From: Schizosaccharomyces osmophilus
Lineage: Eukaryota
Reading direction: 5' to 3'
Assembly: GCF_027921745.1 (NCBI RefSeq)
Contig: NC_079238.1
Location: 1,426,001-1,490,000, forward strand
Length of the DNA stretch: 64,000 nt
Notes under the pieces: generated by a model
The model's database searches: none
What the model was told of the DNA's origin: nothing
Seen by the model: only the letters and a program-made list of their open reading frames with translations
In this document: positions 62,701-64,000 of the stretch, piece by piece
How the letters are laid out: the number at the start of each line of letters is the position of its first letter
Numbering within the stretch: the first letter of the stretch is position 1
Position numbers and translations under genes: made by a program

Positions 62701-62957
62701 TTTTGCGATTGTAGGTTTAGGTGCCAATAATGTGCTTCTCGTAGAAAATTTAGCAGTTTGAGCGACTCTTAGAGAAGGAATACGAACGAAGTTCGAATTT
62801 CTAACCTGTAGTCTTCTACTGAACTCTTGACAAGCTCTGTTACGTGAAAAAGATAGACGCATGTGAATTTTGTAGAGGGTAAGTTTGAGTTGGATGTGTC
62901 AACCCTAACCTGTTGCTTATAGATTGGAACAGTCACTTCCATGCGGCGAGAAGTCTC

Positions 62958-62965
62958 TTATATAT
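62958..62965 (-). promoter_or_regulatory. Probable lys4 TATA box
   Basis: TATATAA on the - strand, about 100 bp upstream of the AUG at 62862. Confidence 0.5.
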
Positions 62966-64000
62966 GCGTGGACTTTTTTTTTTTTGATCATCCATTGACA
63001 ATCTCAAGATCCGCAACCGATGAAACTGTAAAGCAAGATGACCAATCTAGAACCGATCATTGATGATGGCCGAATATAAGACATTTGCTCATTGGAGTCT
63101 GGGAACCTTTTTAGCCACTCGCTGACTTTATAATTCAAACATTATTGAGTATTAGGCGCATTAAGGCAAAGAGTTGACAAATGAAAATTTGCCGTATGAA
63201 ACAAAGTTACCTTGTTTATCCCTCGTCGGCCATTGTAAGGTAAGCTTAAAGGTAAACGACAAAGGGGCAAATGGCATGGCCGAGGGAGTGGCAAAACAAG
63301 GATTCAGTAAGCAAGAAAAAACAAAGGTAAACTTGGAGTAAAGAGAAGCAGGATCGTTAATAAAGTGTGAGTGAGTATGTGTGCTCATCCTACAGAAGAG
63401 TGCTACAGTGTTTTTGTCCATGCCATGGAGAGGATGTTTCAAGGATCCTGTTGTGACCAGGTTTAATCAAGTGAAGCCAATGATGCTGGATAGATGGTTT
63501 TGTTGATCCAATTAATCCGAGGACAAACTCTGTGTACGTAGAAAAGAAAAAGAAAAAGAAAAAGTGTTTGAACTTGTTTAATGATTGATGATCGATGACC
63601 GATTTCATAGACGAAATGCACAGAAAAAAAAAGAAAAAAAAAAAAAAAGAATCGTAGGTTTTAGACTAGCTTCATTGAAAGATTGGGCAATTTAAAGATT
63701 CACCGTTTCACAACTTGAAGTTCTAGTTAATACTTTATAGTGTTCAGTAGGAGGATTCAGCATGAGGATAGATTTGATCATTCCATACAGAAACAAAGAA
63801 CGAATAATCGATGGTATTGACGAGTTGTATATAGATGAAAATAGCGTTACAGACAAAGGTATAGAAAGAAAGAAAAGTAATAACAACAGCAGCAACAATA
63901 CCAATCAACTACGGCATCAAAAACTGGACGGAAGGGGGACGGGCGGGTGATGGAATCAAAGCAAAAACAGTTACGCCGATATTGAATCTGTTCCTTTTGA

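Noticed and set aside
63161..63950. Short ORFs at the right end
   Set aside because: Low complexity or non-ATG starts with no recognisable family; treated as non-coding sequence upstream of lys4.

Overview
Eukaryotic, intron-containing fission-yeast DNA (Schizosaccharomyces). The proteins are clear orthologues of S. pombe chromosome II genes but diverged, consistent with the S. octosporus/cryophilus/osmophilus clade; the species cannot be fixed from this window. Twenty-one protein-coding genes were reconstructed, with splice sites read by hand: hsp104, sir2, zrt1, mok13, dna2, pgp2/kae1, trm11, an Acl4-like TPR gene, a NatA-auxiliary-like TPR gene, pmi40, psu2, pop1, hop1, ker1, a glycerol-3-phosphate acyltransferase, trs31, msp1, zfs1, a PSP1-family gene, rrp12 and lys4. 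No tRNA, rRNA, transposon or CRISPR feature was recognised. The signals not explained by the gene list are: (1) an in-frame, weak-context upstream AUG giving Lys4 a 54-aa mitochondrial-presequence-like extension; (2) a folded, snoRNA-like element in the long third intron of trs31 carrying two copies of a segment antisense to LSU rRNA; (3) a multi-hairpin, H/ACA-like element upstream of hsp104; (4) a dense GN(A/C)GATC (Loz1-type) array and a second repeated motif upstream of zrt1; (5) a probable synteny breakpoint near 29.1-30.0 kb; (6) long AUG-depleted leaders at the divergent zfs1/PSP1 locus. Orthology calls rest on motif recognition and recalled S. pombe sequences; no database search or folding program was run.
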